64,000 nucleotides of DNA from Octopus vulgaris (GCA_951406725.2 OX597821.1:47492001-47556000); one strand, 5' to 3'. Shown: positions 50,802-64,000, counted from the first letter of the stretch. Notes: a model not told the origin generated them from the sequence alone. Translations and numbers: made by a program.

Positions 50802-52073
50802 TAGGTACAGGCATGGCTGTGTGCTAAGAGGCTTGCTTCCTAAGAACAGGGTTCCAGGTTCAGTCCCATTGCATGGCACCTTGGGCTAGTGTCTTCTGCT
50901 ATAGCCTCGGGCTGACCAAAGACTTATGACTGGATTTGTTACACAAAAACTGAAAGTAGCCTTTATGCTATACACCAGTGAAACTTGGGCTGTGACTGCC
51001 AAGGAATGAAAGAAATTAAACTGGTATGCTTTGCTGGATGTGCAGTGTTAGTGTGGATGTGTGACAGAATATAAGCATCTTGAAAGAATAGTTGGGTATA
51101 AGAGGCATCAAGTGTGGTGGGCAAGAGAGACAACTGTGCTGGTATAGTCATGTGATGCATATGGACAAGGACAGCTGTGTAATGAGGTGCTGATCTCTAA
51201 CTGTGGATGGAACCTGCAGTAGAGGTACACCTAGGAAGGCATGAGATGAGGTGGTGAAGCGTTAGCACGCCGGGCAAAATGCTTAGCAGTATTTCGTCTG
51301 CCGCTACGTTCTGAGTTCAAATTCCGCCGAGGTCGACTTTACCTTTCATCCTTTCAGGGTCGATTAAATAAGTACCAGTTACGCACTGGGGTCGATGTAA
51401 TCGACTTAATCCGTTTGTCTGTCCTTATTTGTCCCCTCTGTGTTTAGCCCCTTGTGGGTAGCAAAGAAAAAGAAATAGGTGAAGCATGATTCTTGAACGT
51501 TGAGCCTCACAGAGGCAATGACGAGTGACCAAGACATTTGGCAATATGCTGTGCTTGAGAGGACCCATGAAGCCAATGTTGGCATCATGTAACTGGCACC
51601 CATGCTGGTGGCACAAAACATACTATTCAAGCATTGGGCCTCATAGAGACAATGTAGCCAATGCCAGTGTCTCATAACTGGCATATAAAAGCACCCATTA
51701 CACTTTCAGAGTGGTTGGCATTAGGAAGGGCATCTAGTCATAGAAACCATGCCAAATCAGACTGGAATCTGGTGCAGCCCCTCAGCTTACCAGCCCTGAT
51801 CAAACTGTCCAACTCATGCCAACATGGACAATGGATGTTAAATGATGATATATATATGTGTGTGTGTGTCTGTGTTTGTCACCCCATCACTGCTTAACAA
51901 CTGGTGTTGGTATATTTACATTCTTGTAACTTAGCAGTACAGTAAAAAGAGATCACTAGTATAAGTACTAGGCATAAAAATAAGTCCTGGGGTCAATTTG
52001 TTCAACTAAGTCCTTCAAGGTAGTGTTCCAGCATGGCCACAGACAAATCTGAAACAAGTAAAAGAATAAAGAG
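50802..52073 (+). mobile_element. Nested stack: SINE C (50802-50965 + 51855-52073) > RTE 3' fragment (50966-51850) > SINE D (51261-51477)
   Basis: The two SINE C halves are collinear; SINE D is flanked by TSD GGTGAAGC (51253-51260, 51478-51485). Confidence 0.8.
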
Positions 52074-52112
52074 TATATATATGTGGTTGTGTTTATATAC
52101 ACACACGCACAA

Positions 52113-52187
<75 letters not shown>

Positions 52188-52188
<1 letters not shown>

Positions 52189-52482
52189 GTCCTGTACAGG
52201 ACAGTACTACTGACGTTTATGGCCCCAGGAAGACATCTCTTCCAGCTGTCTAACAACACACATTCTGTGTTTGATTAGTATTTGTGAGGGGAGGTCATCA
52301 ATCCCATCTCTAGCAGGCTCGAGTTTCTGGGTGGTTACCCTGTGTATTATGTAAGGCTTAGAGATGGGCGTGATGACCTCCCTTGCAAATACTAATCAGA
52401 CACAGAATGTGTGTCATTAGCCAGCTGGAAGAGATGTCTTCTTGGAGCTATAAACGCCTGTAGCACTGTCTTGTATAAGACA
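52188..52482. mobile_element. Fold-back / MITE-like element with ~125-bp inverted arms
   Basis: Arms 52188-52312 and 52359-52482, 46-bp spacer. Confidence 0.8.
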
Positions 52483-52549
52483 CCACACTTGTTTGGCAAT
52501 TATATGTTACAATTCCGTATTGCTACTGTTTATATCTTGCTCAGATTTA

Positions 52550-53262
52550 ATACAAACTACAAATCCTTTCAGAAAGATGGCCATGCTTGATCTGTAGGAA
52601 AGACGTTGGTAGAAACTCCCTATGTTGCACCCAGTGCAATATCAGAGGAAGATTAACTGGGAAAATAGTTTCATGTGTGTTAGGTCCACAGGTGCAATAA
52701 ACACAGAAAATGTACAGAAAACAGACTGCATTACATGCCAGTGGGGTAAGCTAGAAGTAGTTATTAGCTTCCATTATTTTGGTGGCCAAGTTAGTTGTGG
52801 AGGTGGATACTCTGAGAGTGTAGCTTCAAGAATACGAGTAGGCTGGACAAAGTTCAGAGAGCTCCTGCCCCTATTGGCAACAAAAGGCTTCTCCTTCAGA
52901 GTGAAAGGCAGACTGTATGATGCTTGTGTGCAAACAGCTATGCTACATGGCAGTGAAACATGGGCTGTGACTGCCTAGGACATGTGTAGGCACGAAAGAA
53001 ATAAAGCTAGCATGCTTCGCTGGATGTACAATGTTAGTGTGCATGTACGACTGTGTAAGCATCTTGAGAGAAAAGTTGGGCATAAGAGGTATCAAATGTA
53101 GTGTGCAAAAGAGATAACTGTGCTGGTATGGTCATGTGATGCATATGGATGAGGACAGCTGTATAAAGAAGTGCTGATCTCTAACTGTGGAGGGAACTTG
53201 CAGTAGAGGTAGACCCAGAAAGACATGGGAGTAGGTAATGAAGTATGATCTTTGAACATTGG
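52550..53262 (+). mobile_element. RTE LINE fragment (post-RT region)
   Basis: LEVVISFHYFG...RIRVGWTKFRELLPLL...KGRLYDACVQTAMLHGSETW; RGRPRKTW. Confidence 0.85.
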
Positions 53263-53355
53263 GAGAATTGTAAATATGGAGAGAGAACAATGACAAAGAT
53301 ATATCTGAAAGAAGTTATGTACACATAATAAATTGCTGGAAAATTAGAGGTATTT

Positions 53356-53413
<58 letters not shown>

Positions 53414-53944
53414 ATACTAAAATTCAAAGTTTTTCTGTTTTCCTACCCTTTTATTAAGATGATAACAGTTTCAAATAAAATTAAAATATTTTATTTGGAA
53501 CACATGAGGGGTGGGCTCTGAGAGAGGTGAATTATAAATAAGTAACAATTGATGGATACTGTCAATTCATTACAGCCGTTTCTAATGAATTTTTTTATTG
53601 TTTTTTTTTAATTTTTTAAATTCCCACTTTAAGTAAAAAAAAAAATCAAGCTGAAAATAATGATTTTCACAGTGATACTTGAAAGAGTTGTCACAGCTAC
53701 TCAATCTGTCCTTGTTTCTTACTTTCCTTTTTGTTCCCGTAATCATTTATACAACTTTTGGAGTACCATGAACTGAAAGATAGAAATTCTCCCTATATTT
53801 TTATGAGATTTTTTTGAATCACAGGTACTTTTGTTGTTTTTACTCAATGGGGAAAATTACTATTTTATTTAAATAAAGTATTAATATTTATCATCTTACT
53901 CAAAAATCAGAAAACTGACAGACATTGAATCTCATAAGACTGGA

Positions 53945-54530
53945 AAAACAAACAAGTGGGTTGTACCTCATGATGAAGCTCTTTTAAGAGCATTCAGATG
54001 CCACTGCAATGTTGAAATTGTTGCTTATGTGAGGTCAGTTATGTATGTCATCAAGTGCACGTTGGAAGGAAATGACCAAGCTACTATTCAAATAAACAAT
54101 GATAATGAAATTTGTCAATATCTAATGGGTAACTATACTGGACCATCCAAAGCAGCTGCATCCATTTTAGGATTTTCAATTCATGAAAAAGCACCTGAAA
54201 TATTGAGACTGCAAGTTCATCGAGCAGATGAACAAAGAATATTGCTCCGAAATAATTTGAATATATATGGCTGTCAATGAATGACATATGAGAACAACAG
54301 AATTTTTTTCATTGTGCATCAATGATGACTTTGCAGAAACATTGCTTTGTGCTGATGCCCATGTATTTCACTTGGAACAGTAGTAACAAAGAATGACAAA
54401 GAAGAAAGTGAGGAAAAAAGTTGAAAGTCATTTGAACGTTTTCAAAGAAGATTTAGTTGTGTTTATGTTGTCACACCAAAGGCAGGAGGACTGTATTATT
54501 TAAGAATTTTATTGCATGAAGTTCAAAATA
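53945..54530 (+). mobile_element. Helitron RepHel remnant (post-Rep region)
   Basis: NKWVVPHD..LL..F.CHCNVE...SV.YVIK...G.DQA...NEI.QY...GFSIHEK.P.I.RLQVH. Confidence 0.8.
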
Positions 54531-54856
54531 GCATTTTTTTCCTTTGGTGACATGCCTTGACATTTTCAACTTGGAGTGGTTGTGACCCAATGGGTCATGG
54601 AGGTGAAACAAATTATTGAAAGAAAATGAATGCAGAATAGCTGCATGTGTACATGAAAAGTAAATTATAAAAAGAGAAAAGTTATTTAAGGAATATAGGA
54701 AATTCAAGGCAGCTTAGAACTTTGTTTTTGTCTTAGGAAAGTGCTGATATAGCTATGGAGTATGCTGGACAGAGAATTGAGAAACTAGAAGTTGATGTGA
54801 GTTACATTGAAACACATACATGCACACATTAGATTCCTAAACTGGCATACACACAT

Positions 54857-54894
<38 letters not shown>

Positions 54895-55249
54895 AATGTT
54901 ATCAGGATTACTTCCCCTAGGATCTGTTGAAATCTGTTGTCACTGGGCTAACATTTCAGGGTTGACATCTAAATCTCTCTCCTTCCACCCTTTCAGGTCA
55001 ACTACCTTGCATTCACATGGCAAGCTGGAATGTAATTCCAATCAGTTTAAACCAAAAAAGGTCACTGACTCTGGCAATATCCCTTCAATTACTCTCAAAC
55101 ATTTTACCTTATATTTATGAAATATTTCAGTCTTGCCCTTTCTTCAGCAATCTATTCTGATCTTTGGAAACACACTACAGTGTGTCTCATTCTCAGGAAA
55201 GACAACCATTCTGACACTATATATTCAAATATTTGAATATATATATATG

Positions 55250-55430
55250 TTCAAATTCACAGAAATCAAAAGAAGACAGGTGCAAGAACAACAAGCAGGT
55301 GTATTAGTTTAACGCTCAAGCAGAATGGAAAAGTCTTTTCCATTTCAAACCTACACACTTCAACAGAAAGGATTAAGAGAAAAAAAAGAGGAGAGAAAAA
55401 GAAAAAAAAACCGGAGAGTAAAACATTTTT
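55250..55430 (-). mobile_element. Family H element with decayed hammerhead-like motif (55333-55372)
   Basis: Minus strand CTTT-CTGTTGA-A-GTGT gtag GTTT-GAAA-TG-GA-AAAG. Confidence 0.6.
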
Positions 55431-56179
55431 TGTAGGGATTAATGGTTCAACATGATGAAGAAGAAAGAAGCTGAATGAAAGTGAGATATTGACAGTGACC
55501 CAGTCGAACAAATTTACTCTCACACGCATGTGTGTTGGCGAGAATGGTGTGTGTGAGTGGTTAGCGTGTTAGTATGTATGTGTGGGGGAGCTGAAAAATA
55601 TGTGGATCTGTGTATGTGCATGTGTTAAATGATCTAGTGCAAGCATTATGTGGAGTGATATGCATTACATGTACTAGTATGTTTGTGTGTGTGCATATGG
55701 ATGCGTGTATATATGTGTGCAAATGTATTGGCTTGGGTGTGTGTGTGTATGTGTACAAGTTACATAGTATGTTACGTGGATTGATGTGTGTTTTGTGTGT
55801 ATGTGTGTGCACACATATGGACGTGTGTATATGTGTGAGTATGTGTATGGATGTGTGAAGCTAACATGTGTGTATGTGTGTGTGTGTGTGTCTATGTAAA
55901 CGCTTGTGCTTAGCAGTTAGTATGTGCTTGTTAAAGTGGTGTGTGCAAGTGTGTATGTGTGTATGAGACTGTGACCATATAGTGGGCATGTGTACAATGT
56001 ATGTTGTGTGTGTTTAAGCATGTTGCATGTACATGTCTATATATTGTCTGTGTGCAGGTATTATGTGCTTGTGTGGGTGTAAGAGTGTGCATGATGGTGT
56101 GTGGTGTGTGTACTGAGTAATGAGTTGAACAGTGTGTATGGGTGTTTGTATAGTGGTGTGTGTGGTGAGGGTACTGAGG

Positions 56180-56262
<83 letters not shown>

Positions 56263-56267
56263 GTATA

Positions 56268-56325
<58 letters not shown>

Positions 56326-56395
56326 TTTAAAAAAAAATTTTTAATTTTATCTAGTTTCAGCTCATGAGCTGTGGCTATGCTGAGGCACCACCATT

Positions 56396-56515
<120 letters not shown>

Positions 56516-56959
56516 GAAATAGAAATATATATTACAGACATTAAAACCATTGGCTGGATTGGTGCAGCTGGAAAGTCATTGTGTTGTTTCAAATGACAGT
56601 GGATTAGGGTAAATAATATTTTAAAAAGTGAAAAAAATAACTGGGAATATCATGTACAAATAATATGAATTATATAATCGTTGTTTGTCTGAAATAATGC
56701 TTTCATGCAGAATTGCAATAATTTTCATTTAGCAAAGTGGCTAGTAACTACATACTTTAAGTGCAGGGCAACACTGGGTATCCTTCAGTGTGTGAGTATG
56801 TGTGTGCATGCATGCATGTGTGTGTGTATGTGTGTGTTTGTGTTTGTGTGTATGCAGGCATATATGTCTGTATGCGGATTAATGTACTTCAACTGGTATG
56901 TCTAACTTGAAAGTATTTTATTATCACTTGTTCACTCTCTTAGATGACCTAATCAATCT

Positions 56960-57004
<45 letters not shown>

Positions 57005-57696
57005 ACACATTCTATCTTTTCCTCTTTTATTTCCTCTCCCTTTCTGATGCACAGATCAACTCAGTTTCGTTTATTAGTGACCAGATTACATGTTAATCTC
57101 CATGGTGGTGACTATGGCAACCGTAGAAGTGACATTAAATACTCCTCTCCTCACTCACTACATTCAACCATCATGTCTATTTATATACCTCTTTCTGTAA
57201 CTTCAATCTTATGGATTTCTATAATTTATTTGGTTTTACTTTATATGCTTTTTATTGTTGTTGTTGTTGTTGGTGTTGTTGTTGTTGTTATTGTTGCTTT
57301 GCTCTTCTAATATTTATCATTTCAATAATTAAAAGATGGGAAGATGATAGCTGAACTTTACTTCTGTTATTTATTTATTTTTTCAAATATATGTTTATAT
57401 TTATATTATTTATTTAATTATCAGTATATATGATTAGTTCACAGAAAGGAAAGGAGCCGTGACCATATACTTCACAGGTTTTCTGAAGACTAGTTAGGTA
57501 ACTGCAGTTGATATCCACTTGGAACTTCTGTATGTTGATGTTTTTAGGATAAACAAGGATAGCAATGAGGCAACAAAACTACCTTCCCTTGCCACACAGT
57601 TGGAGAAAACCAGAAACGTAAGTCATTAGCGGCAGGACTGACATGTGGCTAAACAACACGTTCACCATCACTTCTACCAACACCACAAGCAACAAG

Positions 57697-58082
57697 TGGA
57701 GGCACAATGGCCCAATGGTTAGGGCAGCGAACTCGCAGTCGGAGGATCGCGGTTTCGATTCCCAGACCGGGTGTTGTGTGTGTTTATTGAGCGAAAACAC
57801 CTAAAGCTCCACGAGGCTCCGGCAGGAGGTGGTGGCGACCCCTGTTGTACTCTTTCGCTCGAACTTTCTCTCACTCTTTCTTCCTGTTTCTTGTCCCCGA
57901 CTTCCTACACAACTGCTGAGCCTGGATGCGCATTCATCCATCCATTGATGCTCTCGATGTCGGGGGTTGACCTGCTTTCTCTTCTGCGGGTCTTATGAAT
58001 AGCAAAGGACCACGTTTCGGACTTCTTCCATCTTGCGAGCTCTGGGACGAAGACCGTTCACTCAACAGCAACAGCGACAGCG
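57697..58082 (+). mobile_element. SINE family E, full length
   Basis: A/B-box-like tRNA head, (ACAGCA)-like tail, TSD CCACAAGCAACAAG (57683-57696, 58083-58096). Confidence 0.9.
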
Positions 58083-59089
58083 CCACAAGCAACAAGGCTA
58101 CATTGGCTTGGTTACTTAACTTGGAACATTGGTCAGCTGTATCTGATCTGCATTGCCTTTGATCTTAATGCAAGCAGAGGCTAGAGTGCCCTGTCACATG
58201 ACTTGCTTTTTCTTTAGACTGATTGTGAGACTGAAAAGGTCACAAAGTCCTGGGAAACTCTCCATTAGGTTCATAAATTACTTGCAGAATTCGAAAGTAT
58301 TGCCGTATCATTATCAAATGACATGTCTTTGATGCTAACTGTCCTTATCTTAGATTTCATCAAGCACCAATGGTAACCTCTCTTATCTTAGAATTAATGT
58401 TTACTTAGACTATATCAAAGAGCCTGAGTGGAGCTTGACATCAACAGTAGAGGACTTAAAAGGAAAGGCACCAAGAGTCAAGAACACATCCTTGTTTCAC
58501 ATTGCTCTTCACTCTAAATTCCTTGGTCATAGACTTGACATACCAAACAGTGCTCATCAGACCATCACTGATAAACATGCCGACGGGAAATAACATAATT
58601 AGGTGAGACAAGCTGAATGAATCAGCTTCACTGACTGACAGGTGATGGTCATTTAGAAAAAGCGCAGGCTAAAACTACATGCCTTCACTAGTCAGTTAAG
58701 GTGAGACAGTGTCACGTGACAACTTGCTGGGGCTGCCTGCTGGAGCCTATGCGGCAGGTATTTAAAGGGAAAAATTTGACAAGACAGTCAGTCACCGGCT
58801 GACACTCGCTGACAATACATCGAAGAGGCCAGGGAACAGAAGAAAGAAGAAGAAAGAAGACATGCACTCAATACCAGAGCTGAAAGCACCTCCAAAAGTA
58901 GGGGGGGGGGCGCCACGTCAAAATGGTAGAGGAGTAGGGGCCGAAACCGGATGTGGTTCCTCCTGATGATGTCTTAAACTAACTGGATCCTATAAAGGAG
59001 CTGTTGTGGTAGCAGACCACGAAACATGGTTGTAATTCCTTGGTCTCCTAGGTAGCAGAAATTTTCTACTACCTTTAATGAGCCACAAG

Positions 59090-59545
59090 GGAATTTGAGA
59101 AAATCAATTTTCTCAGTCTCTAAAGTTTTTAAGGATCCTGTACATCTTCCACATATGAAAACTATCTTCTTTGATAACCTTCTAATTAACCCACTGCACT
59201 GGGTACACTGTATGGAATTCCAGCCTACAACTTTCCCACAAACAAAACAGGGCTACTAGGCTCTTAGTCTTTGCCAAGTTAATCTTAAGGCCCTTAGATT
59301 CCAGGTTTTGCTTCCACACCTGGAGTTTTTTGTGTAACTCTGATAGGGAATCCACTATGAGGGCAAGATCATCAGCTTATAGTAGTTCTCAGGGGCTGTT
59401 ATGGCTTGGGGGACATTGAAAAGGAGAGGACTAAGGACTGAGCCTTGATGAACCCCTACCTGTACACCAGATTCTTTGTTGCACTTGTGGTTAACTCTCA
59501 CCTTACTGACAACATCTTTGTACATGGCTTGTACAGCTTTCACGA
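59090..59545 (-). mobile_element. RTE LINE RT fragment
   Basis: VGVHQGSVLSPLLF; L*ADDLAL; LESKGLKINLAKTK. Confidence 0.8.
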
Positions 59546-59763
59546 GCTACAGAGCCCACCATGTCATAGTGGGACACTCTACTGAAGGTTTTCAATTGTG
59601 AACTCTATAATTATTTAATTATTAGTATTTATATTTAAACTATCAGAGAAAATGATTATGTTCAATATTGAAATATTATTTCAAAAAGTTTTTTACTTTT
59701 CAATTGAGGAACTAGCATAAAAATCATTTGCTTTATATAGAGGTTTGATGCTGAGCTTCTTAA

Positions 59764-59979
59764 CCCTTTAGCATTCAAACCATCCATATCCAGCCAAAAT
59801 ATTCTGTCTACTTTATGTTCAAACTGGCCAGATCTTGTATCTCACACCTACCCTACAATATCATTCTAAAAATGATCAAATCATCAAACTTTTGATGTTA
59901 CAAGATAATTCATGATTAATTTGAAGCAATGTGAGCAAATAAGCATTATATTTGACAAAATAATCTGAATGCTAAAGGG
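59764..59979. mobile_element. piggyBac-like MITE
   Basis: TTAA on both flanks; 14-bp TIR CCCTTTAGCATTCA / TGAATGCTAAAGGG. Confidence 0.85.
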
Positions 59980-62129
59980 TTAAATAATGAACTCAAAGTC
60001 CAATATTTTCTTTTTCTTACAATAAATGATGAACCATTTTACAAATCCCTTTTACAGTTAAAAAAGAGAATGTTGGGTATATGATTTCTGAGAGGTATTT
60101 CTAATCTGTAACATTTCTATTTTCTGCATTCAAGGTAAAGGTGATCTGTTTATGTGTAAAAGATAAGTGGGTTTTGAAAGGAAATTGTGAAATGTAAGAC
60201 CTTTCCTTAATATCCTTGGAATAAATCTTTCATATTAGGGTGAATCCTAAAAATGGAAACTTCATCAGATTTCTTCTCACAATGGGGTGAATATTCCCAG
60301 TTTACTTGGCATAATAAACAAAGCACTTATTTATCTTAGCTATGACATCAATTAAAACGATATTTCAAGATAAACTTACATTTTGCTTGTTTTAGTCTAA
60401 AGATTTCTCATAGGAATATAATTTATGATAAATTTCTAGGTTTGTATTATTTACATGAATTGCAAGAAATGCAAGGCAAATTTCCTCAATAATGGTTTAT
60501 TAGAAATAGAGAAAAGACAACAAATGAAACATTGTGTCTTCTGTTTGAAAACACTGACTCAGAGTATTTCAGAAATAATCAGATGAAGAAACAATTCAAT
60601 TATCTGTTGTCACATCTCTCTTCTGTGGAAATTCTTTGAGAATTTCAAAATAGTTGGCAAAGGCAAAGATGAGAAAGAAATAAGAAAGAAATGTGTGAGA
60701 GATCAAGGAGCCTAGCTTTGAAGTGGTTGATTACCTGAAATGTTTAAAGAGAACACGAAATGTAAATCCAATAAGCATATTGGACTCTCTGCTTGGTCAA
60801 GGGCTTGGGATGTAATCCTTTCTTTGAACCCACTAGCATCTAATTATTATTATAATAAGGAGCTGCTTTGCCAAAGATTTCTTTGTTAGGTGAGAGTTTA
60901 GAAATCCATATACTAATGCTATTGATTTAGTTTTTACGAAGTATGAACAAGAGGTAAGAACCTGTGTGCATAAGTTATTAAAAATTTTTTTTTCCAAATA
61001 CCTATGGAGTATGCTGAGAAATGACCAGGTGATCATTTCAATGTAATTCTATATTCAATGTATTAAATATCTTACACTATTTGTCAAAAGTGGTGATTGC
61101 AGTTGTCTGCATTACTGAAGAACACCACATTGACTTTGAATGAACCTGTAAGATTTGATATTGTTTGGTGTAGGTTTAATCTTTGTTGAAGAGCAGAGGC
61201 CTTTGAGCATGCATAATAGTTTTGATACCATTATGACTTGTATGACTATACTCTCAGGTGAAGCTGAGAGAGATAATGCAAAGAGATTTAGAAATCAAAA
61301 GGTACAATTTGATGTTGTCAAATTGAATGAACTTAAAGTAGAATTTGTTGCTAATACTATTCAATCAACTAATTATAAGGCTACTGCCATTGAATTGGTA
61401 AGATTTGGTTATCTTCCTTATATTATTGTTAACATTTCTTAAGATACTCTTGTTAATTAACTCTCAGCTTCTGTGAGATTAAGCTACATTTTAGATTTGA
61501 AATGAAGCTCTCTCTTTGTGTTTCTTAATTGTTCTGTATACGCATTTCAAACTTAATTAAACATTCTATCTCATTTAATTTCATTTTTGTGCTCCAGTGT
61601 TTATATTATTGTGAGTATGATTTTTTTTATATAATTTTAGGTTATGCTAATTATTAAATAGTTATCTATTAGCATTATTCTCTACTTTATAATGAGAATT
61701 TGTTTTGTCTGAAGATGTATATTTTAATTCCTAATAAGCTTAAAGTCATTGCAGGAATAGTAGTGGTATTGTAATTTATTGGTACATTAGTATCAGCAAT
61801 AAACACCATTCTGTTTTGTGCTATGCTCATTCAGCTTTGAATTATATCTTTCAGTTTCTAAATTTCTATCTATTATCTCCTTGTACTTTACCAGAGTATA
61901 TAGTAAAATAATGTTAATAATATTGGTATTACTATGTATATTTAAAGGACTCTGATCTTAGATCAAGATACCTCAGTATGAAGTCATTCATTAGCACAAA
62001 CTTTTGCAATCCCATTGATCCTTATATGGACAATAAACAGGAAATTTACTATTATAAAAAAAGGATTCTACATGTGTCTAGCTTATGTACACCAGATACA
62101 TTCAGGAAATACTCTCTGCCTTCTAATTC

Positions 62130-62615
62130 CATATATAGGCCTCATAAGATGATCTGGCTCGCACTCACGTTTTCCTTAACCAAGCCAGATCTTGCCAGAT
62201 CATTCTTAAGTCTAATTGATAAATATTTCCCCATTAACCAATGCTACAGAAAGCTCTTCGACAAAAACCATCTGAAAGTGAGTTACAGCTGTACCTCAAG
62301 AATAATAAATATTACAAAAGGAAAGCCAACCAAACTTATAGAAGTCAAGTGTAGATGCTGGAACACGAATGCGTGACTAGTCATGCAGGACAGAGGTGAT
62401 AATATATTTGAGGCAGAAGTTATCTCTACTAAACCAAACAACTTAAAGGACTACATTGGTATTTGTGGAAGGTAGGTTAAAATATTGTTACTTCAACTAT
62501 GCAGTTACTTCCACAGAAAGGGAGAAGAGGAATACAGCAATATTACTGAGTTCTCTCGAATTTAAAGAGTATGATGCTGATTTTGACATCAAGTGGAAAA
62601 TGGTGAAAGATGTTT
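62130..62615 (+). mobile_element. Decayed Naiad-type PLE fragment (post-RT region + GIY-YIG)
   Basis: IW....FS....LARSFLSLIDKYFP....RKLFDKNHLKVSYSCT; CRC; IFEAEV; YIGIC; frameshift, then EGRLK..Y.N...KRNT...IKW. Confidence 0.8.
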
Positions 62616-63499
62616 TGTTTGTTTGTTTAATTCTCTCACGAAATTAGTAGCAACAATATACTAGTTCATACATTGACTTCTCTTGCTTTAGGTCATCAAC
62701 TTGTTCCATACAAGTCTGTATGTATATATATATATATAAATATATATATATATTTATATATAAATATGGATCAAAACAATTTTATTCAAACTCTTTGGTA
62801 TGCTGAGTTTCAAGTGTATCATTAGTCTTTGGTCATTGAAGTCTGAATGAGAGTTTGATTGAAGAGAGTTGATGGACATTAGCCTGCAGTTGGTCAAGAA
62901 AGGTCATGCAGTGTCACAGTTTAATGTTGGTATTTCAGCAACAATAATTGCTTGGAAGATACCACATGGTGGACAGGAAACTGACCATGTGGTAGACAGG
63001 AAATTGTTCGTTTGGTTGGGGTGAGTTGGAAGGAGCAGTAGATGTAGGAATATATATATGTATATACGTGTACATGTATGTGCCCATATTTCTTTGTGCA
63101 TGCATCCATACTTATACAAGTGTGTATGTGTGTGTAGGTGTACATTCATGTATCTGTGCACATGCACGTGAACACACACACGAAGGCACACACAGGCACA
63201 CATATTTACACAAGTGAGCACATGTACATACATGAACATGCATCGGTCCATAGGTATATGGATGTGCATGCATGTACATGTACAGCAGCATACACACAAC
63301 CATGTGCATGCATACAGTGAGCAGATGCATTCATGGACCCATGCATATGTGTGCATGCAAGTGCATATATTCATGTGGCCATGTACAAGGGGTGAGATTA
63401 TGTGGATAGACAGGCATGAAGAAGAGTTGGGGTTTGGTGATTTGCAGTGCTGTTCATCTGGGTTAGTTAGTGACGGTGACCTTGCCACAGGTGATGCTG

Positions 63500-63884
63500 C
63501 TGTTGCTGTTGCTGTTGAGCGAACGGTCTTTGTCCCAGAGCTCGCAAGATGAGAGAAGTCCGAAACGTGGTCCTTTGCTATTCGTAAGACCCGCAGAAGA
63601 GAAAGCAGGTCAACCCCCGAGACCGAGAGCATCGCCGGATGGATGAATGCGCATCCAGGCTCAGCAGTTGCATAGGAAGTTGGGGACAAGAAACAGGAAG
63701 AAAGAGTGAGAGAAAGTTGGGGTGAAAGAGTATAACAGGGGTCGTCACCGCCCCCTGCTGGAGCCTTGTGGAGCTTTAGGTGTTTTTGCTCAATAAACAC
63801 ACACAACGCCCAGTCTGGGAATTGAAACTGCAATCCTCCGACCACGAGTCTGCTGCCCTAACCATTGGGCCATTGCACCTCCTG
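63500..63884 (-). mobile_element. SINE family E, full length
   Basis: Reverse complement of 57697-58082; TSD CAGGTGATGCTG (63488-63499, 63885-63896). Confidence 0.9.
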
Positions 63885-64000
63885 CAGGTGATGCTGGGAG
63901 TGGCTGGTACTAAGGAGGTATATCCGGGTTGTTGGCAGCTAGTGGCTTGAAATTTCACAGAATGATATACCTCTGGTGACAGCAGTATGATACCTCATAT

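Noticed and set aside
60450-61450. Possible Charlie-type hAT remnant (CVFCLKTL) and a 95-aa ORF
   Set aside because: Similarity limited to one short motif; cannot be supported by eye
62904-63845. 313-aa ORF
   Set aside because: Composed of a SINE E copy plus degenerate CA/TG repeat; no protein signature

Overview
AT-rich animal DNA, very probably octopus/coleoid cephalopod (inferred from the repeat families and dense (TA)n/(CA)n microsatellites). The window is intergenic or intronic and I can identify no intact host gene; most ORFs in the track are microsatellite artefacts. It is a mosaic of decayed transposons: a long CR1-group LINE (3.0-6.8 kb, minus), an L1/Tx1-type fragment joined to an R4/Dong-type element (24.3-28.5 kb), several RTE fragments, hAT, Helitron, mariner and pogo remnants, MITEs, a tRNA-Trp primer-binding site and at least three tRNA-derived SINE families. 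The most notable content is a set of Penelope-like elements (PLEs). One young-looking 5'-truncated Naiad-type PLE (20.5-22.8 kb) has inverted pseudo-LTRs, an open GIY-YIG frame with an unusual Ser/Asn-rich insert, and two canonical minimal hammerhead ribozymes. About nine further hammerhead or hammerhead-like motifs lie in small microsatellite-embedded elements, including non-canonical cores (an A3-U8 swap and recurrent A6 variants). A second PLE fragment has an in-frame TGA at a conserved Cys position. A few isolated exon candidates are flagged at low confidence. All calls were made by eye, without database searches.
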